Origin: Christensenella sp. UBA7588
GTDB taxonomy: Bacteria > Bacillota > Clostridia > Christensenellales > CAG-917
Reading direction: 5' to 3'
Assembly (NCBI GenBank): GCA_002478945.1
Contig: DLKM01000028.1
Coordinates: 57,136 to 121,135, forward strand
Length of the DNA stretch: 64,000 nt
Shown: one piece after another, positions 18,546 through 27,375 of the stretch
Position numbering within the stretch: the stretch's first letter is position 1
Layout of the letters: each line of letters begins with the position of its first letter
The notes under the pieces: generated by a model
Seen by the model: the letters and a program-made list of their open reading frames with translations, nothing else
What the model was told of the DNA's origin: nothing
Database searches by the model: none
Program-made: the position numbers and the translations under genes

Positions 18546-19655
18546 ATGCCAAAGTATATAGTTTCGTCCTCTCCTCACATATCCACGACGTTCACGACTC
18601 GCAAAATGATGCTCGACGTGATAATCGCACTTATTCCAGCAACTATCGCAAGCGTATTGTTGTACGGCTTCTATCCGCTGTTCCTTATGATACTTTGCGT
18701 CGGTTCTTGCGTATTTTCCGAGTGGCTTTTCAACCTCGTGTGCAAACGCTATCAAAGCGTAGGGGATTTGTCCGCAGTCGTTACGGGTATGATACTCGCT
18801 CTCAATCTTCCGCCCGTGGTACCGTTTTACGTTCCTATGGTGGGCGGCGCGTTTGCGATTATCATCGTAAAGATGCTTTTCGGCGGCATAGGCAAAAACT
18901 TCGCAAACCCTGCGATAACCGCTCGTATATTCCTGCTTTTGTGCTGGACAACGGTTATGACGTCTTACGTCGTGCCGATTGACCTCAAAGACGGCTCAAA
19001 TCTATTCGTCTATTTCAAACAAGCGGTAAACATCGACCTCAATTCCGTTGCGGGCATCACGAGCGCAACTCCGCTCGCTTACGTCAAAGACGCAGTCAAA
19101 ACGGGCGCAAATCCTGCCGATTTGCTCTCGGCAGGCAACATAACCGCTTTGGATATGTTCCTCGGCAGAATAGGCGGCAGCGCAGGCGAGGTAAGCACTT
19201 TGGCGGTGCTTATCGGAGGCATATATCTGCTCGTCCGCAGAGTTATCGACTGGCGTATTCCCGCGCTTTACATAGGTTCGCTCGTCGTGTTCACGTCGAT
19301 TTTCTTTGCGAAAAGCGGTTGCGTCGGAGATTATATCTGGACGTATCTGCTCGGAGGCGGTTTCGCATTCGGCGCATTCTTTATGGCAACGGACTATGCG
19401 ACGTCTCCAAAAACTTGTCTTGCGGTCGTCATTTACGGCGTGGGACTCGGTTTCTTGACGGTTATATTCCGCAAGTACGGCACTATGAACGAGGGAGTGT
19501 CTTTTGCGATACTTCTTATGAACGTGCTTACGCCGTTGCTTGACAGAATTATCCCGAGAGCGTTTGGCGCACCCAAGAAAAACAACTTTGCAAAAGCGAG
19601 CAAAAAACGCAAAAAAGACGAACGCGAAGCCGTGGTCGAAGGAGGCGCAAAATGA
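18546..19655 (+). CDS. rnfD: Rnf complex subunit D
   Basis: SSSPHIST N-terminus in a polytopic membrane protein, with the FMN-attachment region ..ITSATPLA.. The C-terminal tail is basic. Confidence 0.9.
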   Translation: MPKYIVSSSPHISTTFTTRKMMLDVIIALIPATIASVLLYGFYPLFLMILCVGSCVFSEWLFNLVCKRYQSVGDLSAVVTGMILALNLPPVVPFYVPMVGGAFAIIIVKMLFGGIGKNFANPAITARIFLLLCWTTVMTSYVVPIDLKDGSNLFVYFKQAVNIDLNSVAGITSATPLAYVKDAVKTGANPADLLSAGNITALDMFLGRIGGSAGEVSTLAVLIGGIYLLVRRVIDWRIPALYIGSLVVFTSIFFAKSGCVGDYIWTYLLGGGFAFGAFFMATDYATSPKTCLAVVIYGVGLGFLTVIFRKYGTMNEGVSFAILLMNVLTPLLDRIIPRAFGAPKKNNFAKASKKRKKDEREAVVEGGAK

Positions 19656-20446
19656 GCGATATTGAAGAAAGAACGCAATCTGTCGCAACCGAAAACGGCG
19701 CACCCGAAACCGAAAACGATACCGTTTCGTCCGTAAACGAAACAGCGGAAACGCAAATCGACACGGAAGTCGAAAAAGAAAGCGTACAAGCGTCCGAACA
19801 GAGCGAAAAACCGCAAACGGGAGATAACGGAGACGTTAAAAACGGCGGTAAAAAGAAATTTAAGCTCGGAACCGTGGCAAAATGCACGCTTGTGCTTGTC
19901 GTAATCGCACTCGTAGCAGGCTTATTGCTCGGCGTGGTCAATATGGCGACGTACGTCGACCCCGACGCCGCGATTTCCGAAAAATGCGCAAAAACGTACG
20001 GAGTATCCGACGTTGCGAAGAACGACGACAGAGCGATAAATTACGATTCCAAAAATATCATCAAGTCCTGTTTCGAAGCCAAAGACGAACAAGGCAACGT
20101 CTTGGGATATTGCTATTACTCGGTCGGAAGCGGCGCGAAAGACGGAGAGATAGAGTTGCTCGTCTATATCGACGTAAACGGCGTTATAAAGGACGTCGAA
20201 GTATACAGTCAGGGCGAAACCGCGGGTTATTTCGACAAAGTCGAAAAAGCCAACAAACCCAAATACGTCGGACTCAACGTAAACCAACTCGATACTCTCG
20301 AGCTTATCCCGTCGGGGAGACAATCCCAAAAGGACGGAGAGATTTCGGCGGTCAGTCAGGCAACTTACACCTCCACGGGTTATCATAACGCGATAGCCGT
20401 TGCGGTGTACGCATTCAGAGCGGCTGCAAAGGGGGAAACGAAATGA
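19652..20446 (+). CDS. rnfG: Rnf complex subunit G (FMN-binding), with a long acidic N-terminal extension
   Basis: A TM helix at about aa 78-100 and an FMN_bind domain with ISAVSQATYTSTG. Its start overlaps rnfD by 4 nt. Confidence 0.85.
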   Translation: MSDIEERTQSVATENGAPETENDTVSSVNETAETQIDTEVEKESVQASEQSEKPQTGDNGDVKNGGKKKFKLGTVAKCTLVLVVIALVAGLLLGVVNMATYVDPDAAISEKCAKTYGVSDVAKNDDRAINYDSKNIIKSCFEAKDEQGNVLGYCYYSVGSGAKDGEIELLVYIDVNGVIKDVEVYSQGETAGYFDKVEKANKPKYVGLNVNQLDTLELIPSGRQSQKDGEISAVSQATYTSTGYHNAIAVAVYAFRAAAKGETK

Positions 20447-21165
20447 AAAAGAATGCAAAACTTCAGATAGTTTCCAACGGTATCTTTGCGCAGAACCCGA
20501 CGTTTAGGCTCGTTCTCGGTATGTGTCCGACGCTTGCAATCACTACGAGTGCGTTTAACGGCTTGGGAATGGGACTTGCGGCAACGTTCATTTTGATTTG
20601 CTCCAACGCGTTGGTGTCGTTGTTGCGCAAATTCATACCCGACAAAGTGCGTATTCCCGCATACGTCCTCATCATCGCAACGCTCGTTACGTTGCTCGAA
20701 ATGATACTCAAAAAATTCGTGCCGACGTTGTACGACGCACTCGGAATATATTTGCCGCTTATCGTCGTCAACTGCATAATTCTTGCAAGGGCAGAGGCTT
20801 TTGCAAGCACCAACAAGGTCGGCGACAGCATTCTCGACGGTTTGGGAATGGGCCTCGGCTTTACGCTTGCGTTGACGTTGCTCGGCGTCGTAAGAGAGGT
20901 TATCGGCAACGGTACGATTTTTGCGGGAAGCCTCGGAAGCGTGCAGTTCAATCCGAATTTCGGAGTGTTGCAAAACTATTCGCTCAAGTTCTTCGTGATG
21001 CCTGCGGGCGGTTTCCTCACTCTCGGACTTGCTATGGCTTTGGTTAACGCATTGACCGATTACAGAGCGAAGAAGAAAAAAGAAGAAGCTCAAAAGCGTA
21101 TAAAAGACGTCGAGGACGCAAAAACGGCTCTCGACGATAACAACGAAGGAACGGAGGTTGCGTAA
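20443..21165 (+). CDS. rnfE: Rnf complex subunit E
   Basis: NGIFAQNPTFRLVLGMCPTLAITTSA and LGIYLPLIVVNCIILARAE are canonical RnfE/NqrD-type motifs. Confidence 0.92.
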   Translation: MKKNAKLQIVSNGIFAQNPTFRLVLGMCPTLAITTSAFNGLGMGLAATFILICSNALVSLLRKFIPDKVRIPAYVLIIATLVTLLEMILKKFVPTLYDALGIYLPLIVVNCIILARAEAFASTNKVGDSILDGLGMGLGFTLALTLLGVVREVIGNGTIFAGSLGSVQFNPNFGVLQNYSLKFFVMPAGGFLTLGLAMALVNALTDYRAKKKKEEAQKRIKDVEDAKTALDDNNEGTEVA

Positions 21166-21779
21166 TGGAATACTTTTTGCTTATAATCGGCGCAATGTTC
21201 GTAAACAACTTCGTGCTTAGCCAGTTTTTGGGATGCTGTCCGTTTTTGGGCGTTTCCAAAAAGGTGGACACCGCGCTCGGAATGGGGCTTGCGGTTACGT
21301 TCGTAATGGGCGTTGCAAGCATCTTTACTTGGCTTATACAAAAAGCACTCGTCGCGCTCGGCGTGGAATATTTGCAAACTATTGCGTTTATCCTCGTCAT
21401 AGCCGCGCTCGTGCAACTTATAGAAATGGTTCTCAAAAAATATATGCCGTCGCTGTATAGCGCGCTCGGCGTATATCTTCCGCTTATCACGACCAACTGC
21501 GCGGTTTTGGGTGTTGCGATTCTCAACGTCGATTCCTACGGCGTCGCAAGCGGAATCAGTTTGTTGCAATCTTTCCTCAACGGCGTTTTTAGCGGCGTGG
21601 GATTTATGATTGCGATATTGTTGCTTGCAGGTATAAGAGAAAAAATGGACAACGATTCCATTCCGAAGCCGTTCAGAGGCTTCCCGATTACACTTATCGC
21701 GGCAAGCATACTCAGTATGGCGTTTGTGGCTTTCGGCGGACTTATTTCGTCGTCGGGAGCAATAAATCCGTTTGCTTAA
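21165..21779 (+). CDS. rnfA: Rnf complex subunit A
   Basis: FVNNFVLSQFLGCCPFLGVSKK and LGVYLPLITTNCAVLG are canonical RnfA/NqrE-type motifs. Confidence 0.92.
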   Translation: MEYFLLIIGAMFVNNFVLSQFLGCCPFLGVSKKVDTALGMGLAVTFVMGVASIFTWLIQKALVALGVEYLQTIAFILVIAALVQLIEMVLKKYMPSLYSALGVYLPLITTNCAVLGVAILNVDSYGVASGISLLQSFLNGVFSGVGFMIAILLLAGIREKMDNDSIPKPFRGFPITLIAASILSMAFVAFGGLISSSGAINPFA

Positions 21780-21794
21780 GAGGAGGTGGTGCTT

Positions 21795-22649
21795 ATGTCG
21801 TATCTTTTGATTGCCGCCGACATCGAACCGATGACAATTCTCTGGTCGGTATTGGTGCTTCTCGTTTTGGCGGCGGTAGCGGGATTCGTTCTTGCGGTTT
21901 TGGGCAAAAAACTTGCCGTACACGAGGACGAACGCATCGGTCAGGTCAGAGAAAAACTTTCCGGTGCAAACTGCGGCGGATGCGGTTATGCGGGGTGTGA
22001 CGCCTTTGCAAAAGCAATCGTCGAAGGCACAGCCGACATCAACGCTTGCTCGGCTACGTCTGCGGAAAACAAAAAAGCCATTGCCGAAATTATGGGCAAG
22101 AGCATAGACGCGCAGGAAACTATGATTGTCGTGGCTTGCCGAGGCGGTAACAACGCCGTGGACAAGTACGAATATATGGGCTACGGCAACTGCAAGAGTA
22201 TGGAATTGCTCGGCGGCGGCAGGAAACAATGCAAATGGGGTTGCCTCGGTATGGGTAGTTGCGTGGACGCTTGCCCGTTCAGCGCAATGAAGATAGGCGA
22301 CGAAGGCTACGCAAAGGTGCGCGAGGACAGATGCGTTGCGTGCGGAAGATGTATAAGTGCTTGCCCCAAAAAGCTCGTCAAACGTATTCCTGCGGACGCT
22401 CGCTATTACGTTGCTTGCACCAACTGCCTCAGAGGCGCAAAAGACGTACACGCCGTTTGTTCGGTGGGCTGTCTCGGATGCGGACTTTGCTCCAAAGTTT
22501 GTCCGAAAGGGGCGATAACTATGGAAAACAATCTCGCGGTTATCGACTACACCAAGTGCGTAGGTTGCGGATTGTGCGCTCAAAAGTGTCCTGCGAAATG
22601 CATTTTGCCGACAGAGCGTAAACAGAAAACAAACGACGATAAGGAATAA
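21795..22649 (+). CDS. rnfB: Rnf complex subunit B (polyferredoxin)
   Basis: N-terminal TM helix, the CGGCGYAGCDAFA motif, and several CxxCxxCxxxCP clusters. I prefer ATG 21795, which is 8 nt after GGAGG, over GTG 21786. Confidence 0.9.
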   Translation: MSYLLIAADIEPMTILWSVLVLLVLAAVAGFVLAVLGKKLAVHEDERIGQVREKLSGANCGGCGYAGCDAFAKAIVEGTADINACSATSAENKKAIAEIMGKSIDAQETMIVVACRGGNNAVDKYEYMGYGNCKSMELLGGGRKQCKWGCLGMGSCVDACPFSAMKIGDEGYAKVREDRCVACGRCISACPKKLVKRIPADARYYVACTNCLRGAKDVHAVCSVGCLGCGLCSKVCPKGAITMENNLAVIDYTKCVGCGLCAQKCPAKCILPTERKQKTNDDKE

Positions 22650-22747
22650 TTCCTCTCGTCACAAATATATAAAAGGGAAATTACTGAGAACAAATTATCG
22701 AAACAACGGTCCTAACGGACGCGGCGCAAGCCGTACAGGAGATTTAT

Positions 22748-24268
22748 ATGGAAAAAATAGCGATTATCGACATTGGCTCAAATTCTGCAAGACTCGTGCT
22801 TGTCAACGTGCTTGACGGCGGTTATTTCGTCGTATTCGACGAGCTTAAGGAAACCGTCAGACTCGGTCAGGATATGGACTGGGACGGCTTTATCAAGCCT
22901 CAGCGCATTGCTCAAACGATAAAAACGCTAACGATGTTCCGTCGTCTTTGCGACGCAAACAAAGTCGATAAGATTTTTGCGTATGCAACGGCGGCTGTGA
23001 GACGTGCAAAGAATCAAAAGAGTTTTCTTGACGAAGTCGCAATGACTTGCGGTATAAAAATCAAAGTGCTGTCCCCAGAGGAGCAGGCAATGCTCGTGTA
23101 TCAGGGCGTAATCAATTCTATGGACATTCCCAAAGGCTTGATTATGGAAATGGGCGGCGGTTCGACCAACCTCATTTATTACAACAGGCGCAACCTCATT
23201 CATTTCGAGACGTTGCCGTTCGGCGCGGTCACGCTGACGGATTTGTTCAAAAACGACGATTCCGCTCCGCAAGAGCGCGCGAGAAAGATAGAAGAATTTA
23301 TCGGGGAACAACTCGAAAAAATTCCTTGGCTCGACAGCGTTGAGCCGGATACCGCTTTCGTCGGAGTCGGCGGCAGTTTCCGCAATCTCGGCAGAATCAG
23401 CCGTATGATTAAAAAATATCCGTTCAATATGACTCACAATTACGAAGTGTCGATGAGCGAGTTTGAAAATATCTACAATACGATAAAGAAACTCGACCTC
23501 AACAGCACAATGAAAATCAAGGGTTTGTCGAGCGGAAGGGCGGATATTTTCCCGAGTGCGCTTGCCGTTATGAAAGCCGTCGTTTCTCGCTTTACGTTCG
23601 ATAAGATTACGATTAGCGGTTGCGGACTCAGAGAGGGCGCAATGTTCAGATATGCCGTGCCGGGCATCAACGAAAGACCGCTCAGCGACGTTCTCGGACA
23701 TTCGCTTTACACGCAAATGAAGTATCACGACCTCAATATTGCGCACGCCGAACACGTTTACAACCTCTCAATACAACTTTTCAAGCAACTCAAGGTGCTT
23801 CACAAGATGCCCAGAGTGTATGTCAGAGTGCTTAAAATCGCCGCGCTTATGCACGACAGCGGTATGAGAATCAAGTTCTACAACCATCAACTGCATTCTG
23901 CGTACATCATTCTCAACAGCAACCTTTACGGTGTGCCGCACAAAGACATAGTCGTGGCTGCGTTCGTTGCCGCAGGACACAGAAAAGCCGAGAACGCAAG
24001 AGACGAAATCGTCAAATACAAAGATATGCTTACGCCTGAGGACGTTGACGCAATCAAGAAACTCAGCGTGATTCTGCGCATAGCGGAGAGCTTCGACCGC
24101 TCGCAAAGCGGAGTGGTAACGGGCATCAACTGCGACGTTCTCGGAGACAGCGTTATCGTCAAGACGGAATGCGAAAACGGAGGCGATTGCGCTCTCGAAG
24201 TCAAAGACGCAATGGGCGCGGCTCCCGATTTCAAGGCGGCGTACGGCAAGAATCTCGAGATTCTGTAA
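22748..24268 (+). CDS. Ppx/GppA-family exopolyphosphatase with C-terminal HD domain
   Basis: IAIIDIGSNSARLVL N-terminus (actin-like ATPase fold of Ppx/GppA) and ..AALMHDSGM.. (HD region). RBS aggag upstream. Confidence 0.85.
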   Translation: MEKIAIIDIGSNSARLVLVNVLDGGYFVVFDELKETVRLGQDMDWDGFIKPQRIAQTIKTLTMFRRLCDANKVDKIFAYATAAVRRAKNQKSFLDEVAMTCGIKIKVLSPEEQAMLVYQGVINSMDIPKGLIMEMGGGSTNLIYYNRRNLIHFETLPFGAVTLTDLFKNDDSAPQERARKIEEFIGEQLEKIPWLDSVEPDTAFVGVGGSFRNLGRISRMIKKYPFNMTHNYEVSMSEFENIYNTIKKLDLNSTMKIKGLSSGRADIFPSALAVMKAVVSRFTFDKITISGCGLREGAMFRYAVPGINERPLSDVLGHSLYTQMKYHDLNIAHAEHVYNLSIQLFKQLKVLHKMPRVYVRVLKIAALMHDSGMRIKFYNHQLHSAYIILNSNLYGVPHKDIVVAAFVAAGHRKAENARDEIVKYKDMLTPEDVDAIKKLSVILRIAESFDRSQSGVVTGINCDVLGDSVIVKTECENGGDCALEVKDAMGAAPDFKAAYGKNLEIL

Positions 24269-24273
24269 TAGAA

Positions 24274-24849
24274 ATGAGCGAATTTTCAAAGACAGTCGTG
24301 CTTGCGTCCGCATCGCCGAGGCGCAAGGACATTCTGCACGATATGGGGCTTGATTTTCAAATCTTGCCTTCGAGCGTGGACGAGAGCAAAATCAAGGCGA
24401 TTTTGCCTTGCAATCTCGTTGTGCGACTTGCAAAAGCAAAAGCGGACGACGTTGCCGAGCGCACGCAGGACGTGAGCGTAATCTCTGCGGATACAATCGT
24501 AGCGCGCGGAATGCGTGTGTATGGAAAGCCCAAAGACGAGCAGGACGCCGTGCGTATGATAAAAAGCCTCAACGGCAGATGGCATACGGTGTATACCGGT
24601 GTTTGCGTGAGGTGCAAGGATAAAGAAAAGACGTTTTTCGTGTCGTCCAAGGTCAAATTTAAGAATCTTACCCAAGACGAAATAACCGCTTACGTCAGAG
24701 AGTGCAAGCCTCTTGACAAAGCCGGCGCATACGGAATACAAGACCACAGAATAGTTGAAAAATACAAGGGAAGTTACACAAATATCGTGGGACTGCCCGA
24801 GGAAAAACTTGCCGAGATATTGAGGCAAGTCGGAGTTATCAATGGCTAA
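24274..24849 (+). CDS. maf: Maf-like nucleoside triphosphate pyrophosphatase
   Basis: VVLASASPRRKDIL...AGAYGIQD are canonical Maf motifs. The start at ATG 24274 lies inside the longer listed ORF. Confidence 0.9.
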   Translation: MSEFSKTVVLASASPRRKDILHDMGLDFQILPSSVDESKIKAILPCNLVVRLAKAKADDVAERTQDVSVISADTIVARGMRVYGKPKDEQDAVRMIKSLNGRWHTVYTGVCVRCKDKEKTFFVSSKVKFKNLTQDEITAYVRECKPLDKAGAYGIQDHRIVEKYKGSYTNIVGLPEEKLAEILRQVGVING

Positions 24850-25840
24850 TATAGAACTTTCAATCGATTTGGGAAGCAAATTTATCACGATATACCAAAA
24901 AGGTATAGGTCTCGTTTTGCGCGAGCCTGCAATCGCAATCGCTACAAAGGCTCGCAATCGTCTCGAAATCAGAGACGCAGGCTACAGAGCCGAAAGCGTT
25001 ATGACGGGCGCGCTCGGCGGAGCGAGAGTCATTGCTCCCATAAAGGAAGGCGTTATCGTCGACGAAGAAATGGCAACGATGCTTCTTGCGTATTTTCTCA
25101 AAAAGATTATGCCCGAGGGCTTGTTTGCTCCGAGAATAAAAGCAATCGTGTCCATTTGCGAGTCGTCGTCCAGTTCGGACAGGCGCGTAGTTGAAAAATG
25201 CTGCCTTAAAGCGGGCATAAAAGAAGTTACCCTCGTGGAATCTGGCTTGAGCCTCCTTGCGTATACGGGTAGCATCGGCGGACTGTTTGTGGATATAGGC
25301 GGCGGAAAAACGGAAATCTCCGCGGTTACCAATCACGGAATCGCAACGGGTTGCTCCGTCAATATCGCAGGAGACGCTTTCAACAATGCAATCATCGACA
25401 GCCTGTATATGAATTACGGCGTTAAAGTGGGCGAATTCACAATCGAAAATCTCAAAAAATCCGCACTTTCTTTCTATGTCAACGACGAAGGCAGTTATGC
25501 CGTAAGCGGCGGCAGTTCGGACGGCTCTCCTCGTTCGCTCTACGTTACGGCGGAAGCAATGCGTAATGCGGTTATTCCGCTCGTAGACGACATTATCGAA
25601 GTGATTATGTCCGTTCTCAACCAAACTCCGCCCGAATTGTCCGCGGAAATCTTGCGCAAGGGCATATTCGTCAGCGGCGGAAGTTTGCATATCCCCGGTC
25701 TTATCGAATATCTCGAGCAAGCTCTCGAGCTTCCCGTCACACCCCTCAAAGACATCGAAAACGCTATTGCAATAGGCGGTGCGGGGTTCTTTGACGAGCG
25801 GAATCTTTTGTCGGATATGCTCGGCGTCAAATTGTATTAA
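24842..25840 (+). CDS. mreB: divergent MreB/Mbl-family actin-like protein
   Basis: SIDLGSKFITIYQKGIGLVLREPAIAIA, DIGGGKTEIS and FVSGGSLHIPGL match the MreB phosphate/adenosine motifs with substitutions. It overlaps the maf stop. Confidence 0.75.
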   Translation: MANIELSIDLGSKFITIYQKGIGLVLREPAIAIATKARNRLEIRDAGYRAESVMTGALGGARVIAPIKEGVIVDEEMATMLLAYFLKKIMPEGLFAPRIKAIVSICESSSSSDRRVVEKCCLKAGIKEVTLVESGLSLLAYTGSIGGLFVDIGGGKTEISAVTNHGIATGCSVNIAGDAFNNAIIDSLYMNYGVKVGEFTIENLKKSALSFYVNDEGSYAVSGGSSDGSPRSLYVTAEAMRNAVIPLVDDIIEVIMSVLNQTPPELSAEILRKGIFVSGGSLHIPGLIEYLEQALELPVTPLKDIENAIAIGGAGFFDERNLLSDMLGVKLY

Positions 25841-25973
25841 AGCGCACTATTTAGCGAATAACTGCGTCAACACCCGTTCGCTACAAAATCACGTACGCCT
25901 TGTACGTTGGGTTTTGTATCAAACGGGTGTTTTCTTGTTCTTCATCCGTTTGGGACGCTTTAATGCAATTTGA
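25827..25973 (+). repeat. three-tier nested hairpin element, copy 1 (39-nt core identical to 59839-59877)
   Basis: The outer stem 25827-25844 / 25956-25973 is 18 bp with one G.U. The middle stem 25869-25878 / 25922-25931 is 10 bp and perfect. The core is 25879-25917. The outer left arm contains the TAA stop at 25838-25840. Confidence 0.85.
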
Positions 25974-26046
25974 GCTATTAAATATATTTATGATGTTTCT
26001 TATTCCTGTTTCGACGAAAAATTCGGAAAACGCACATTGAATACGT

Positions 26047-26256
26047 TCAACGAAGAACGTTGTTGTTTCCAATTAAAAAATCGGCAGTGCAGTTGAATAC
26101 CGCACAAATCTGTTTGAGTTGATAAAGACGAGGCTCTTGAACTCCGGACAGCCATTTGCTTATCGTACCTTGTGTTGTGCCTACAGCTTTTGCAAGTGAC
26201 TCCTGTGTAAAACCGTTCTCTATCATTAATTCTTTGAGATTATCTTTGAATTGCAT
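26047..26256 (-). CDS. XRE-family helix-turn-helix transcriptional regulator (69 aa)
   Basis: LKELMIENGFTQESLAKAVGTTQGTISKWLSG is a classic HTH_3 motif. The start at ATG 26256 lies inside the longer ORF. Confidence 0.85.
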   Translation of the reverse strand: MQFKDNLKELMIENGFTQESLAKAVGTTQGTISKWLSGVQEPRLYQLKQICAVFNCTADFLIGNNNVLR

Positions 26257-26289
26257 AATTATATTGTATGTAAAATATTCGATTTGGAA

Positions 26290-26318
26290 TTGACATATTC
26301 GAAAACGAATGTTATGAT
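26290..26318 (+). promoter_or_regulatory. putative promoter of the lipoprotein gene with an embedded palindromic operator
   Basis: TTGACA (26290-26295), a 17-nt spacer, then TATGAT (26313-26318). The spacer contains the palindrome ATTCGAAAACGAAT (26297-26310), and another ATTCGA lies just upstream. Confidence 0.55.
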
Positions 26319-26373
26319 AAAGCAAATGAAATACATTTTGTATTTTTACTATTGTATTTAAGGAGGGGAAACT

Positions 26374-27258
26374 ATGAAGAAATTTTTTCCGATTTTAGTT
26401 GTTTTAATCATTTGTGTGGTTTTTGGGTCTTTTGTTGCGTGCAATAAAAAGGACGAATCAAAAGATATTTTGCGTTCTGATATGACGCTTGACGAAGTCA
26501 AAGAAGCGTTAAAAGACGTAAAAAGTTATAGGAGGCAATCTCGCACATCGGACGCGGACGGAGCGGTTTTAGAGGATTATGTGTTCGGCACAAACGGTTA
26601 TTCTCTCGTTGTGGAAAGAATTAGTTTTTATGACGTTACTTTTTTCGAAGATAACAAGTATTATTATATGTATGGCAATAGCGATGTTGAGGAAATTATG
26701 ATTGTCGACTGTTCGGGGTATGATGTGAATTACGACTTTGACAGAGAGGGCGTGGATGTTCTTGTTTCTCTTATGACGGAGTACGGCTATACAATAAAAG
26801 ACAATACTATATACATCGAGGATGTTAATACACATTCTACGCACGTCTTTTACGAATTTAATGTGGCAAAAACGGAGCCTTACGGTAAATACAAAAGCAC
26901 TTACAAAACGCTTCAACCGACCACGTCTTTGCTGGTTTATGGGGATTTAGATGATAATTCTTGCGAGCTTGCCGAAGTCAATGCGCCGCTCAAGACGTTG
27001 CAAATACCCGAGGCATATAACGGAAAATCGGTAACGAAAGTCGTTTGCGAAAACGTGAAAAATCTGATAATCCCTAAAACCGTTAAAGAATTAAGATTAC
27101 GTTCAATAAGCGATGATATGATTATTACATATTTAGGAACAAAAGAAGAATTTTACGCAAACGTACGGACGAATACTTCAATAGCCGCTTGCGATATTGA
27201 ATGTTCGGACGGTACGATAAAAAAAGGAGACAGTCTCACGGTATCGAATGGGAATTGA
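26374..27258 (+). CDS. lipoprotein of unknown function with a C-terminal BspA-type leucine-rich-repeat-like segment
   Basis: Signal peptide with lipobox FVAC, strong RBS AAGGAGGGG, AT-rich codon usage, and LQIPEAYNGKSVTKVVCENVKNLIIPKTVKEL, which resembles LRR_5 repeats. Confidence 0.7.
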   Translation: MKKFFPILVVLIICVVFGSFVACNKKDESKDILRSDMTLDEVKEALKDVKSYRRQSRTSDADGAVLEDYVFGTNGYSLVVERISFYDVTFFEDNKYYYMYGNSDVEEIMIVDCSGYDVNYDFDREGVDVLVSLMTEYGYTIKDNTIYIEDVNTHSTHVFYEFNVAKTEPYGKYKSTYKTLQPTTSLLVYGDLDDNSCELAEVNAPLKTLQIPEAYNGKSVTKVVCENVKNLIIPKTVKELRLRSISDDMIITYLGTKEEFYANVRTNTSIAACDIECSDGTIKKGDSLTVSNGN

Positions 27259-27332
27259 AAAATTCGATTGTCGGAATGCGCGTGTTAAAAACATAAAAGC
27301 CGATTTCGACAAACACACTCCAAAATCGACAG

Positions 27333-27366
27333 AAACAGACATCTATATACGGTGTCTGTTTTTTAT
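27333..27366 (+). terminator. rho-independent terminator
   Basis: Stem AAACAGACATC pairs with GGTGTCTGTTT around loop TATATAC, followed by a T-run. Confidence 0.75.
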
Positions 27367-27375
27367 TATGAGAGT

